A DNA stretch of 64,000 bases from Candidatus Saccharimonadia bacterium (lineage in GTDB: Bacteria > Patescibacteriota > Saccharimonadia > UBA4664), in contig JBGTMQ010000009.1 of NCBI GenBank assembly GCA_041743505.1, positions 40,012-104,011 on the forward strand. The letters run 5' to 3'. Numbering within the stretch: the first letter of the stretch is position 1; every line of letters starts with the position of its first letter. Both the position numbers and the translations under genes were made by a program. Below the pieces are notes generated by a model that was not told the origin of the DNA, ran no database searches, and worked only from the letters and a program-made list of their open reading frames with translations. Shown here piece by piece: positions 46,855 to 56,148 of this stretch.

Positions 46855-48024
46855 TTGAAAAACGTCCAGCTTAATCCGATCGTGCTTGGTGGTGCAGCCA
46901 TCATCCTGGCAGTTGGTTCATTCCTAGCCGGCGATACCTATCACAGCACCGTACCAAATCCATTTGCCGCCCGTACTACTCAGCTCGATTTCTCACAATT
47001 AAATGACATTTACGGCCTCATGCAGCGCCATTTTGACGGCAAAATCGACCCTCAGGCTGCCATCAACGGCGCCAAAGCGGGGTTGGTCTCGGCCGGCGGC
47101 GACCCATATACCGTTTACATGACCTCAGATCAAGCCAAAGAGCTCAATAACGACCTCAATGGCAAGCTTTCGGGTATCGGCGCTCAAATCGGCATCAAGA
47201 ATAGTATATTAACCGTTATTGCGCCGATAGCCGGCACCCCCGCCGAAAAAGCTGGTTTACGGGCCGGCGACCTCATCGCCAAAATCAACGGCGAAGATAC
47301 CTCCGGCATGAGTGTTGATACCGCTGTCAACAAGATTCGCGGCAAGGCCGGCACCCAGGTCAAGCTCCGTATCGTCCGGCCAAACACCGATCCCAAAGAG
47401 ATAACCATTACCCGGGCGGATATCAGTGTGCCCAGCGTCACCTGGAACATGAAAACCGACCGCATAGGCTACATCCAGATCAGTACCTTCGGCTCAGACA
47501 CCACCAGACTCATCGATAAAGCCGCCCAGGAACTCAAGGACCAAGGTGCTCAGAAACTTGTCCTGGACCTGCGCAACAACGGCGGCGGTTATCTAGACGC
47601 TGGGGTAGCCGTAGCTAGCGAGTTCCTACCCCGGGGCAAGCTCGTCGTGGAGGAGCGCACCGATGGCAAACCGCGCGACAAGCTCAACTCCACCGGCGGC
47701 GGCCAGCTGGTTGGCCTGCCCATGGTAGTGCTTGTAAACGGAGGTTCTGCCTCAGCCTCAGAGATCGTGGCCGGCGCCCTCCGCGACAACAATGCCGCCA
47801 AGCTCCTCGGTGAAAAGACCTTTGGCAAAGGTAGTGTGCAGGAAATTCGCCAATTACCTAGCGGCTCCCAGCTCAAAGTTACCGTAGCCCACTGGTATAC
47901 GCCAGATGGCGTCAATATCAACAAAGAAGGCATTAAACCCGACACCGAGGTCAAGCTTACCACCGAAGACTACAATGCCAGCCGTGACCCACAGCTCGAC
48001 CAAGCCTTAGCCCAACTCAAGTAG
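46855..48024 (+). CDS. ctpA: S41 carboxy-terminal protease with PDZ domain
   Basis: DPYTVY, GIGA, DLRNNGGG, SASASE, TFGKGSVQ. Confidence 0.94.
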   Translation: MKNVQLNPIVLGGAAIILAVGSFLAGDTYHSTVPNPFAARTTQLDFSQLNDIYGLMQRHFDGKIDPQAAINGAKAGLVSAGGDPYTVYMTSDQAKELNNDLNGKLSGIGAQIGIKNSILTVIAPIAGTPAEKAGLRAGDLIAKINGEDTSGMSVDTAVNKIRGKAGTQVKLRIVRPNTDPKEITITRADISVPSVTWNMKTDRIGYIQISTFGSDTTRLIDKAAQELKDQGAQKLVLDLRNNGGGYLDAGVAVASEFLPRGKLVVEERTDGKPRDKLNSTGGGQLVGLPMVVLVNGGSASASEIVAGALRDNNAAKLLGEKTFGKGSVQEIRQLPSGSQLKVTVAHWYTPDGVNINKEGIKPDTEVKLTTEDYNASRDPQLDQALAQLK

Positions 48025-48051
48025 CAGTATAGTAGACAAAGCGTCTATGAT

Positions 48052-48732
48052 ATGTCAATATATGCTCTAATGAATACACCTACCACATTGGTCGTAATCG
48101 ATCTCGACCGGACACTCTTCGACACTGCCCGAAACTTCAACGACTTCATGGATATGCTCAAAGCCGTCTATGGTAATGAACTCATCAACAAAATGAAGGA
48201 AGTAGAAGCCACAACTCAGCACTTTGACCGGTTTGCGTACTTACAAGCCCACCACGGGCTCCGGTATGGGCAACTAGTAGCGGACTTCAGATCCTTCGTT
48301 AGCCGGACATACGGCGAGAATCACAGCTATCTCTTTCCAGGAGCAACCAAGCTCATCGCGTTCCTTCAACAAGAACCCCATACCCACCTGCTCATTATCA
48401 CCACCGGCTCCGGGCAATCCCAGAGGTTCAAGCTGGGTCTCTGCCCCGAGCTGGCCGGACTTCCTCACAAAATCATTGGCCATAACAAAGGTGCCGCCCT
48501 GCAAGCAGAATTTGACGCAGCTAGCGCAGTATCCCATGACGGCCGTCACTTCAACGACTTCGTCTTCATCGACGATAAAGCAGATGCTATCGCACCCATT
48601 CAGCCAGCCCCAAACCGTTTGCTCATTCATCTGCTCCGCGAAGGAGCTAAGTACCCAGAGCTTACTGAACGCAACGATGTGCATATCGTTCACTCACTAG
48701 AGGACGTTTATGTACTCTTACAAAAGCACTAA
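48052..48732 (+). CDS. HAD-superfamily hydrolase
   Basis: VIDLDRTLFD motif I, ITTG, FIDDK. Confidence 0.75.
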   Translation: MSIYALMNTPTTLVVIDLDRTLFDTARNFNDFMDMLKAVYGNELINKMKEVEATTQHFDRFAYLQAHHGLRYGQLVADFRSFVSRTYGENHSYLFPGATKLIAFLQQEPHTHLLIITTGSGQSQRFKLGLCPELAGLPHKIIGHNKGAALQAEFDAASAVSHDGRHFNDFVFIDDKADAIAPIQPAPNRLLIHLLREGAKYPELTERNDVHIVHSLEDVYVLLQKH

Positions 48733-48870
48733 TGCCAAAAAATAACCCATTCTAAATCCACTTAACGCTTGCTATACCGCATTACGAGGTCTAAACTGTG
48801 TAGCATAAGTGGTGTGACCACCAGCTCCCGTAGCAGGGAAGGCTGGTTTAGTTGTGTGGAAAGGAGTCTC

Positions 48871-50496
48871 GTGGCAAAAAAACATCAAACAAAATACATC
48901 TTTGTAACCGGAGGTGTGCTTTCTGGACTCGGTAAAGGCATCACCGCGGCGGCTTTAGGGACAACCCTGAAATCCCGCGGTTTTTCGGTTAACATTCAAA
49001 AATGTGACCCGTATCTAAATACCGATGCAGGCACGCTAAACCCAGCCGAGCACGGCGAAGTTTTTGTAACCCGCGACGGCGCCGAAACTGACTTGGATCT
49101 CGGCCACTACGAGCGCTTTCTGGACGAAGAGCTGGGCCGCTCCAGCTCATTAATGAATGGACGGGTTTATGCCAAAGTCATCGCCGATGAGCGGGCAGGG
49201 AAGTACCTGGGCAAAACAGTCCAGATCATCCCTCACGTCACGGCCGAAGTCCAAAATCAGATTTTAGCTGCCGGTGACAGCTTTGACTTTCACATTGTAG
49301 AAATCGGTGGCACTGTCGGCGACATCGAATCCCTGGCGTTTCTGGAAGCCATCCGCCAATTCCGGCGCAAGGTCGGTCACGAGAATACGCTCTACATCCA
49401 TTTAGTTTATCTACCATACCTGGAGGCCTCCCACGAAATCAAGACCAAGCCGGCTCAAAACGCCGCCCGCGATCTACGTGAGGCCGGGATCCACCCCGAG
49501 GTAATCGTAGCCCGGGCTGAGCGGCCGATCACCCAAGCAACTCTGCGTAAACTCAGTCTTTTCTGCGACGTGGATGAGGCCGGCATTATACCTATGCCAA
49601 CAGCCAAGACGGTATACGAGGTTCCGCTATTGCTCGAAAAAGCCGGCTTGGCTGATTATATCTGCAACCACCTGGGGATTAAGACGCGCAAAGCCAAGCT
49701 GGATGATTGGAGCAAACTCGTCCAGCTCATCGAGCATCCCGACCACCGTAACCTCAAAATAGGCGTTGTGGCCAAGTATATGGACAACGTAGATACTTAC
49801 ATGAGTGTCTTCGAGGCTATCAAAGCCGCCGGTTGGTCTAACCGGGTCCGGCCCGAGATCTCCTGGGTTGATGCCGAGCAACTCGAATCCGCCAACCCAG
49901 CCGATATGCTCAGCCACTACGACGGCCTGGTTGTACCGGGCGGCTTCGGCAACCGTGGTGTCGAAGGCAAGATCATCGCGGCCGATTACGCCATTGCTCA
50001 CCACGTCCCATACCTTGGTCTTTGCCTCGGTATGCAAACCGCCGTCGTCGCTTTGGCCCGACGCTCCGGGCTCGACAACGCCAATAGCACTGAGATGAAC
50101 GAGCTCACGCCACACCCCGTCATCGACATCATGGAGCACCAAAAAGCCGTCACCGATAAAGGCGGCACCATGCGCCTCGGCGACTATCCCTGCCAACTCG
50201 ATCCCACATCCCAAGCCGCCAAGGCCTACGGCGCCAAAAAAATCGTCGAACGCCACCGGCACCGCTACGAGTTCAACAACAACTATCGCCAGCAGCTGGA
50301 AACGGCCGGGCTCAAGCTGGCCGGATTATCACCCGATGGGCTATTAGTTGAAATTATTGAGATCGAGAACCACCCATTCTTTATGGCCAGCCAATTCCAC
50401 CCTGAATTTAAATCACGGCCCAACCGCCCTCACCCAATGTTTAATGCGTTCATCAAAGCCGCCGCCCACTCACGCATCGCAGAAAATGTAGTATAG
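48871..50496 (+). CDS. pyrG: CTP synthase
   Basis: TGGVLSGLGKG, KTKP, PGGFG, GLCLG, QFHPE; GTG start after AAGGAG. Confidence 0.98.
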   Translation: MAKKHQTKYIFVTGGVLSGLGKGITAAALGTTLKSRGFSVNIQKCDPYLNTDAGTLNPAEHGEVFVTRDGAETDLDLGHYERFLDEELGRSSSLMNGRVYAKVIADERAGKYLGKTVQIIPHVTAEVQNQILAAGDSFDFHIVEIGGTVGDIESLAFLEAIRQFRRKVGHENTLYIHLVYLPYLEASHEIKTKPAQNAARDLREAGIHPEVIVARAERPITQATLRKLSLFCDVDEAGIIPMPTAKTVYEVPLLLEKAGLADYICNHLGIKTRKAKLDDWSKLVQLIEHPDHRNLKIGVVAKYMDNVDTYMSVFEAIKAAGWSNRVRPEISWVDAEQLESANPADMLSHYDGLVVPGGFGNRGVEGKIIAADYAIAHHVPYLGLCLGMQTAVVALARRSGLDNANSTEMNELTPHPVIDIMEHQKAVTDKGGTMRLGDYPCQLDPTSQAAKAYGAKKIVERHRHRYEFNNNYRQQLETAGLKLAGLSPDGLLVEIIEIENHPFFMASQFHPEFKSRPNRPHPMFNAFIKAAAHSRIAENVV

Positions 50497-50503
50497 TAGA
50501 CCT

Positions 50504-50902
50504 ATGAAAGCTCAAGCAGTAAAAGCTCGCATTCTCCTGGTGGAAGACGATTTAGCTTTAGCCACAGCCTACAAAGTACGCATGGAAGCCGAAGGTTTCG
50601 ATGTCCGGCACTGTCCAAACGGGGAAGACGCGCTCCAAGAGGCTTTGGATTATCATCCCGATCTCGTCTTACTCGATATCATGATGCCCAAAATCTCCGG
50701 CTATGATGTGCTCGACATCCTCCGCCACACACCGGCCACAGCCCACACGAAAATCGTCATCCTAACCGCTTTGTCTCAGCCAGCCGACCAAAAACGAGCC
50801 AAGGATCTCGGCGCCGATGAATTTCTGGTCAAATCCCAAGCCGTCATCTCAGATGTTATGAAGCGTATCAGATTCCATCTAGGCATTAAAGAGCCTGCCT
50901 AA
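50504..50902 (+). CDS. Orphan single-domain response regulator
   Basis: LLVEDD, LDIMMP, LTALS, VKS. Confidence 0.93.
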   Translation: MKAQAVKARILLVEDDLALATAYKVRMEAEGFDVRHCPNGEDALQEALDYHPDLVLLDIMMPKISGYDVLDILRHTPATAHTKIVILTALSQPADQKRAKDLGADEFLVKSQAVISDVMKRIRFHLGIKEPA

Positions 50903-50905
50903 TCG

Positions 50906-51484
50906 CTAGCCACCGAGTAATCGCGACAACTTAGCCGTGAACCGGTGCATTTCAGGATCGATAGTGTTTATTGGCAATGCGCCAACTTCATCAAAAGTTA
51001 ACCACTGGTAACCGCTGAAATCACGCGGTTCATATATCACTTCACGACGGCCTGATAGAGCCACTACATACCATAGGCTCACATCGGTATGCCGGCCATA
51101 GCCACGCGTCTGGGTAACAGTGATAAAGCAAGGACGATCGCCGATGGGGGTAGAGAAATCTGGTTGGGTAAATAACTCCTCCTGCATTTCTCGCCGGACT
51201 GCTGCCAACGGATCTTCATTTAGCTCAACATGACCACCAGGCGGTAGCCATAAGCCAGAAGTCTTGTGGTCGACCAGCAAAAGGGTACTACTCTCTAAAT
51301 CGACCGGCACAAAGTAAGATACCAGGTGTTTTGGTGGATTATCCGGCTTTTCAATCCGAAAGATCGGCTGGCCACTCCTAATCCAGCCTAATGCGTCAGC
51401 CTGATCCGACCGTTCGCGCCCATCACCAGGTGATATCCCGGCCACAATCCGATAAATTGCATCCCTCGCCACTTTCGCTCCCAC
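50906..51484 (-). CDS. NUDIX hydrolase
   Basis: PGGHVELNEDPLAAVRREMQEE Nudix box; AAGGAGG SD. Confidence 0.9.
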   Translation of the reverse strand: MGAKVARDAIYRIVAGISPGDGRERSDQADALGWIRSGQPIFRIEKPDNPPKHLVSYFVPVDLESSTLLLVDHKTSGLWLPPGGHVELNEDPLAAVRREMQEELFTQPDFSTPIGDRPCFITVTQTRGYGRHTDVSLWYVVALSGRREVIYEPRDFSGYQWLTFDEVGALPINTIDPEMHRFTAKLSRLLGG

Positions 51485-51493
51485 ATTCCCTCC

Positions 51494-51513
51494 TTGCGTT
51501 CGCCTTTTGTTCG
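51494..51513. promoter_or_regulatory. GTTC-N7-GTTC operator-like repeat upstream of the NUDIX gene
   Basis: TTGCGTTCGCCTTTTGTTCG, near-identical to TTGCGTTCGCTTATTGTTCG at 1845. Confidence 0.6.
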
Positions 51514-51528
51514 CTTATCTAGCATAAC

Positions 51529-51559
51529 AAAAAAGAGACTGCGTGCAAGTCTCTTTTTT
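51529..51559 (-). terminator. Terminator of rpmA
   Basis: AAAAAAGAGACT / AGTCTCTTTTTT. Confidence 0.8.
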
Positions 51560-51575
51560 GATCTAACTGGAGCGC

Positions 51576-51857
51576 TTATTTAGGCGGCTGAACCGACACA
51601 ATAGTTCGGCGAACCCGGGTACCAGTAAACTTCTGGATCTGACGGGTCGAGAAGGCCACAATGCCGTCGTGCATAGCGAACAGGGTATGGTCGACACCAA
51701 CGCCAACACCTGGACCGGCTTCCATGCGAGTACCACGTTGGCGCACAATCACGCCTCCAGCGCGCACAATCTCGCCGCCAAAGAGCTTAACACCTAGCCG
51801 TTGACCGGCCGAATCGCGAAGGTTTTTAGATGAGCCACCGGCTTTTGTATGCGACAT
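51576..51857 (-). CDS. rpmA: 50S ribosomal protein L27
   Basis: [24 protein letters not shown]...IVRQRGT...DHTLFA. Confidence 0.97.
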   Translation of the reverse strand: MSHTKAGGSSKNLRDSAGQRLGVKLFGGEIVRAGGVIVRQRGTRMEAGPGVGVGVDHTLFAMHDGIVAFSTRQIQKFTGTRVRRTIVSVQPPK

Positions 51858-53006
51858 TTACTTCTTCCTTAGTAACAATAATTGCCGTCCAACGACTTGA
51901 TCGGGCCGCGCATATAAGAGCGGCGTCTGGACGTGCTTGAAAACCTTGCTAGTGTAGCCTAATCGAGACAGATCGTCAACCAGGCCCAGATATTGCCACC
52001 CGCGTGCCGTCCGCCAAGCCGGGACACACAAGGCCAACTCAGCCCCAGGGTCCAGTTGCATAGCCCAGTTCTGAAGCGTTTCCCGGTACAAAAGCCCAAG
52101 CTCAGCCCGGATTGCCTCTAACCGGTCGGGGGCAGGGGAGGCGGTCAAATTCGGCCCCAGGTAGCCCTCACTCACAATCGCACACTCGGCATCAGGTAAC
52201 CGGACCTGGCTCGCATCAGCCGGCTCAACCTGCCACGGCAACAACCCGGCGGTACCCGAGCGACTTTCACCGGCCAGCCACTCCAGGTTCTCACGACTTG
52301 CCGCCACCATTTCCGACGCCAGGTCCGAGCCTACGGCCGTCCGTCCCAACAGCAACGCCTCCTGCAACACCACGCCGGTCCCGCAAAACGGGTCCACTAC
52401 CAACGGCGCCTGGGTTGTGTTTATCAACACTTGCGCCAACTTAGGCGGCAGCATCCCGACCTTGGCGCTGCGGGCCGGGCGCTCGTAGTCACGCCGGCTA
52501 TACCAGTCGATATCCTGAATACCAACCGTCTGCGCAATAATCATCCGCTGCTTTGCCACCACTACCAATAGCTCGAATCCGCGCTCAAGCACCTTATTGT
52601 GTTTCAGTTGGGCCGCCGAAGTAACCGTTTTTTCACCAGGCGCCACAAACCGCATCGAGCCATGGTCTTTTAGAGCTTTCTTTAGTTCAATTCCAGCCGC
52701 CACAACAAATGCAGCGGTAGCTTTAAGCCCATAGGTACTTATAGCAAACGGCGTCTTGCCGTCAGGCAGTACAGGCAGCTCAGCGCGATCTATCGGCATC
52801 GGTCGTATGCCCACCGCCGGACCGTCATATAGTATCCGGCCAAGCTTCTGAACCCCACCCAAGCTGTTAATGTCTATTTCGCCACTCAATAAAGCCGTCT
52901 GATTACCATACGGTTCAACCACCTCAGCGCCCAGCCGAGATTCGAGCTCCACCAGACCAAGCTCTGGCTGCCGCCCAAGTATTGCGATGTGAGAAAAAGA
53001 TTTCAC
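51858..53006 (-). CDS. Trm11/TrmG10-like SAM-dependent RNA methyltransferase
   Basis: RDYERP, GMLPPKLAQVLIN, DPFCGTG, SEGYLGP. Confidence 0.75.
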   Translation of the reverse strand: MKSFSHIAILGRQPELGLVELESRLGAEVVEPYGNQTALLSGEIDINSLGGVQKLGRILYDGPAVGIRPMPIDRAELPVLPDGKTPFAISTYGLKATAAFVVAAGIELKKALKDHGSMRFVAPGEKTVTSAAQLKHNKVLERGFELLVVVAKQRMIIAQTVGIQDIDWYSRRDYERPARSAKVGMLPPKLAQVLINTTQAPLVVDPFCGTGVVLQEALLLGRTAVGSDLASEMVAASRENLEWLAGESRSGTAGLLPWQVEPADASQVRLPDAECAIVSEGYLGPNLTASPAPDRLEAIRAELGLLYRETLQNWAMQLDPGAELALCVPAWRTARGWQYLGLVDDLSRLGYTSKVFKHVQTPLLYARPDQVVGRQLLLLRKK

Positions 53007-53258
53007 TTATGATCCATTGTATACGAACCTGAAGCGTCAAGGCATTTGCATACTCGTACAGGGAAGGTACTAGAAAAAGTCTAATCATTGACTTATCATC
53101 AAAATTGCGTGCAATTTACATCTTCACAAAGCCAAAAAATGCATTATTACCCACCCCTAGATACCCGACTAGAAAAATTCCAGTACCTACCCAAACACCT
53201 TTAATACAACCCGCACATATTTCAATACAACCCACACCGCTCTTGATATACTAACTTT

Positions 53259-54500
53259 ATGCCACCACAAATTATTAGCGTTACTGAATTTCTCAATATC
53301 ATCAACGAAACCCTGGCTTTCGCCTACCCGCAAGTCGTAGTTGAAGGCGAAGTCTCCAGCTTTAAAGTTAATCAGGGCAAGTTTGTCTTTTTCGACCTCA
53401 AAGACGACAAAAATGTCTTGAGCTGTTTCATGATGGTCCACCAGCTCAAACTGCCACTCGAAGACGGCATGAAAGTCCGTGTCACCGGCTCACCCAAAAT
53501 CACCAAATTCAGCAAATTCTCGCTCACCGTCAAAGAAGTGGAGCTAGCCGGGGAAGGGGAGTTACGCCGGGCCATGGAACTGCTCAAGCGGAAGCTCCAA
53601 GCCGAAGGCCTGTTCGACCCGGCCCGCAAACGCACCTTGCCGGCGTTCCCAAAAACCATTGGTCTTATCACCTCCGGCGCCTCAGCCGCCTACAGCGACT
53701 TCATCAAAATCCTTGATGCCCGGTGGAGCGGGGTAGAGGTACACCTGGCCGACGTCAGCGTCCAGGGTGTCAGCGCCCCCGACCAAATCGTCAATGCACT
53801 CGAATATTTCAACACCACCGGCGAACCAGTTGACGTCGTGGCACTCATCCGCGGCGGCGGCTCGCTCGAAGACCTATCCGCCTTCAGTACCGAGCCGGTC
53901 GCCCGGGCCGTGGCCGCCAGCCGCACCCCCATCATCGTTGGCGTCGGCCATGAAATCGATGTGTCACTAGCCGATTATGCCGCCGACGTCCGCGCGGCCA
54001 CACCCACCGACGTAGCCCGGCTTATCGTCCCGGACCGGGCCGAGGTCGCGGCCCGCGTCACCCACCTTACGCACCGCACCGATACCGCCTTCCACAAAGC
54101 CTTAATCCTGCGCCTAACCGCCGTCGACCAGCAAGTCGGACGGCTGGAGCGCTACCTCCGGTTACCACGCGAACGCATTACCGAGCTAACCAGCCGGCTC
54201 TGGCACAGCCTCGACCGGCTCGACATCACCCGCGAGCACCGCTTGGACTGGACCGAATCGCTAGCCCGAAGGCTCAGCACCGCCAGCACCCGTGCCTTGA
54301 CCGAATGTCAAGCCCAACTGACAAACCTGGAGCGAGTCTTGCGCGGTTTTGATCCGCAAGCCACCCTCAGCCGCGGCTATGCCATAGTGCGGTCCGGCAA
54401 ACAAATTCTCCGCGACCCGGCCGCCGTCCAAACCAACGACCTCGTCATGATACAATTGGCCAAAGGTAACCTGAACGCAAAGGTAGCAAAAGACGCATGA
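53259..54500 (+). CDS. xseA: Exodeoxyribonuclease VII large subunit
   Basis: VEGEVS, FFDLKD, RGGGS.EDL, GVGHE.D, TPT. Confidence 0.96.
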   Translation: MPPQIISVTEFLNIINETLAFAYPQVVVEGEVSSFKVNQGKFVFFDLKDDKNVLSCFMMVHQLKLPLEDGMKVRVTGSPKITKFSKFSLTVKEVELAGEGELRRAMELLKRKLQAEGLFDPARKRTLPAFPKTIGLITSGASAAYSDFIKILDARWSGVEVHLADVSVQGVSAPDQIVNALEYFNTTGEPVDVVALIRGGGSLEDLSAFSTEPVARAVAASRTPIIVGVGHEIDVSLADYAADVRAATPTDVARLIVPDRAEVAARVTHLTHRTDTAFHKALILRLTAVDQQVGRLERYLRLPRERITELTSRLWHSLDRLDITREHRLDWTESLARRLSTASTRALTECQAQLTNLERVLRGFDPQATLSRGYAIVRSGKQILRDPAAVQTNDLVMIQLAKGNLNAKVAKDA

Positions 54501-54805
54501 CCGCCCATGAATTCGAATTCGAAAAAGCCCTAAAAGAGCTCGAGGAAATCACCGCCTGGTTCGAGTCATCCGACGTCGACCTAGACCAAGGCCTGGCCAA
54601 ATTCGAGCGCGGTATGGAACTGTCAACCAAGCTCAAGGAGCACCTGCAAGCCGTCGAGAACCGGGTCGAAAAAATCAAAGCCCGTTTCAACGAGCCGAGT
54701 GCCCCCAAAGCCACCACCCAGCAACAACCCGAACCAGACTTCAATCAAAACATCGACGAAACAATCGACCCCGGCAGCCGCGACGACCAAGCCGGCTTGT
54801 TCTAA
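54497..54805 (+). CDS. xseB: Exodeoxyribonuclease VII small subunit
   Basis: FEKALKELEEI...LDQGLAKFERG; overlaps xseA. Confidence 0.94.
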   Translation: MTAHEFEFEKALKELEEITAWFESSDVDLDQGLAKFERGMELSTKLKEHLQAVENRVEKIKARFNEPSAPKATTQQQPEPDFNQNIDETIDPGSRDDQAGLF

Positions 54806-55315
54806 GTGACACTCCTGGTTATCCTCCTGGTCGTGCTGCCATTCGGTATCGCGGCCTGGCTGGGAGCGCCATATTTACCAAGCTTGCGCCGCGACTACGA
54901 GCCGGCTTTAGCATTGGCCGGCCTCAAACCCGGCCAGACCCTCATCGACCTCGGTTCCGGCGACGGTCGGCTATTGCGAGCTGCAGCCAAGCATGGCGTT
55001 CGCGGTATCGGCTACGAGATTAACCCGTTCGTCTACGCAATATCGCTCATCGTCACCTGGCGCTACCGAAAGCTAGTCACTATTTATCTGGCCGACTTCT
55101 GGCACGTCCCTCTACCACCTGCCAATGCCATCTACGTCTTCTTAATTGACCGGTTTATGATCAAACTCGATGCGAAGCTAACGCGTGAAATCAAGCAACC
55201 CACACCCGTCATATCATTCGTATTCCAAATCCCGGGCCACACCCCTCGCCTCCAAACCCGTAACGCCTGGTTGTATGATTATCCAAAAACGATACCGATA
55301 ATACCGTCCAGTTGA
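54806..55315 (+). CDS. Membrane-anchored class I SAM-dependent methyltransferase
   Basis: GAPYLPS, DLGSGDGR, GYEINP. Confidence 0.85.
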   Translation: MTLLVILLVVLPFGIAAWLGAPYLPSLRRDYEPALALAGLKPGQTLIDLGSGDGRLLRAAAKHGVRGIGYEINPFVYAISLIVTWRYRKLVTIYLADFWHVPLPPANAIYVFLIDRFMIKLDAKLTREIKQPTPVISFVFQIPGHTPRLQTRNAWLYDYPKTIPIIPSS

Positions 55316-55369
55316 TAATAGTCCGGCGTCTTGCACCAGCTCACCGATTGTTTTACCATAAGCAGTAAC

Positions 55370-56071
55370 ATGGATCCACAACAACCAAGCAGCCTACCTA
55401 GTTCGTCACCCAATTTCTCTTCCGTAGCCGGTCCGCCATCTTCAGGCGGCAAAAGCACGCTGCTATGGGTACTCATCGGTGTACTAGGTCTGGGTGCCGT
55501 CTCATTTGCCATCCTAAGTGTAGTGGCTTTTGGCCAAGCCAAGGTCGCTACCACCACACTCAACCAGCAAAAACAAGCCGCTGCTGAGGCCGCCCGTGAA
55601 GATCAGAAAAAACTTGATGCCCAAGCCACCATAACCGCCGCCGAAAATCCATTCCGGTCCTATATTGCGCCCATTGAGTATGGTTCCTTTGAGATCAAAT
55701 TCCCGCGCAGCTGGAGTGCTTCGGTCGAACAAGCCCGCTCAAATCAAACCCAAGTCACACTCATCGTTCACCCCGACTTCATTAAACGCGACAATAATGC
55801 CAACGAGCTTGCTGCGGCCAAAATCCTGCTCGTCCAACGCACTCTCAATGAATACGTCAAAGTCTTTCAGTCCCAAAAAGAAGTTAAACGCTCTGACACA
55901 ACCGTTTCCGGCGTCAAAGGCGTCCAGCTCACCGGCAAATTCGCCGATAAACGCACCGTCCGCATGGTTGTTATCCCAATCCGCGACAAAAGTCTGGTCT
56001 TCTTTAACGAAGATAGCAACTTCGCACCCCAATTTGATCAAATTCTCGCTCAATCAAAAGTATTACCCTAG
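55370..56071 (+). CDS. Hypothetical single-TM protein with coiled coil and PsbP-like tail
   Basis: TM segment, coiled coil, FEIKFPRSW...FDQILAQ; fold call tentative. Confidence 0.65.
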   Translation: MDPQQPSSLPSSSPNFSSVAGPPSSGGKSTLLWVLIGVLGLGAVSFAILSVVAFGQAKVATTTLNQQKQAAAEAAREDQKKLDAQATITAAENPFRSYIAPIEYGSFEIKFPRSWSASVEQARSNQTQVTLIVHPDFIKRDNNANELAAAKILLVQRTLNEYVKVFQSQKEVKRSDTTVSGVKGVQLTGKFADKRTVRMVVIPIRDKSLVFFNEDSNFAPQFDQILAQSKVLP

Positions 56072-56148
56072 CATTTTGAGCTAGTCGTCTGTATTGTCGT
56101 TCTTACGCTTGAGCTGTTCTCGGCTCTGATGCTACTCTGATTACTATA

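Noticed and set aside
48800-48870. pyrG reiterative-transcription attenuator
   Set aside because: A leader hairpin exists, but no GGGC start and only a weak U-tract.
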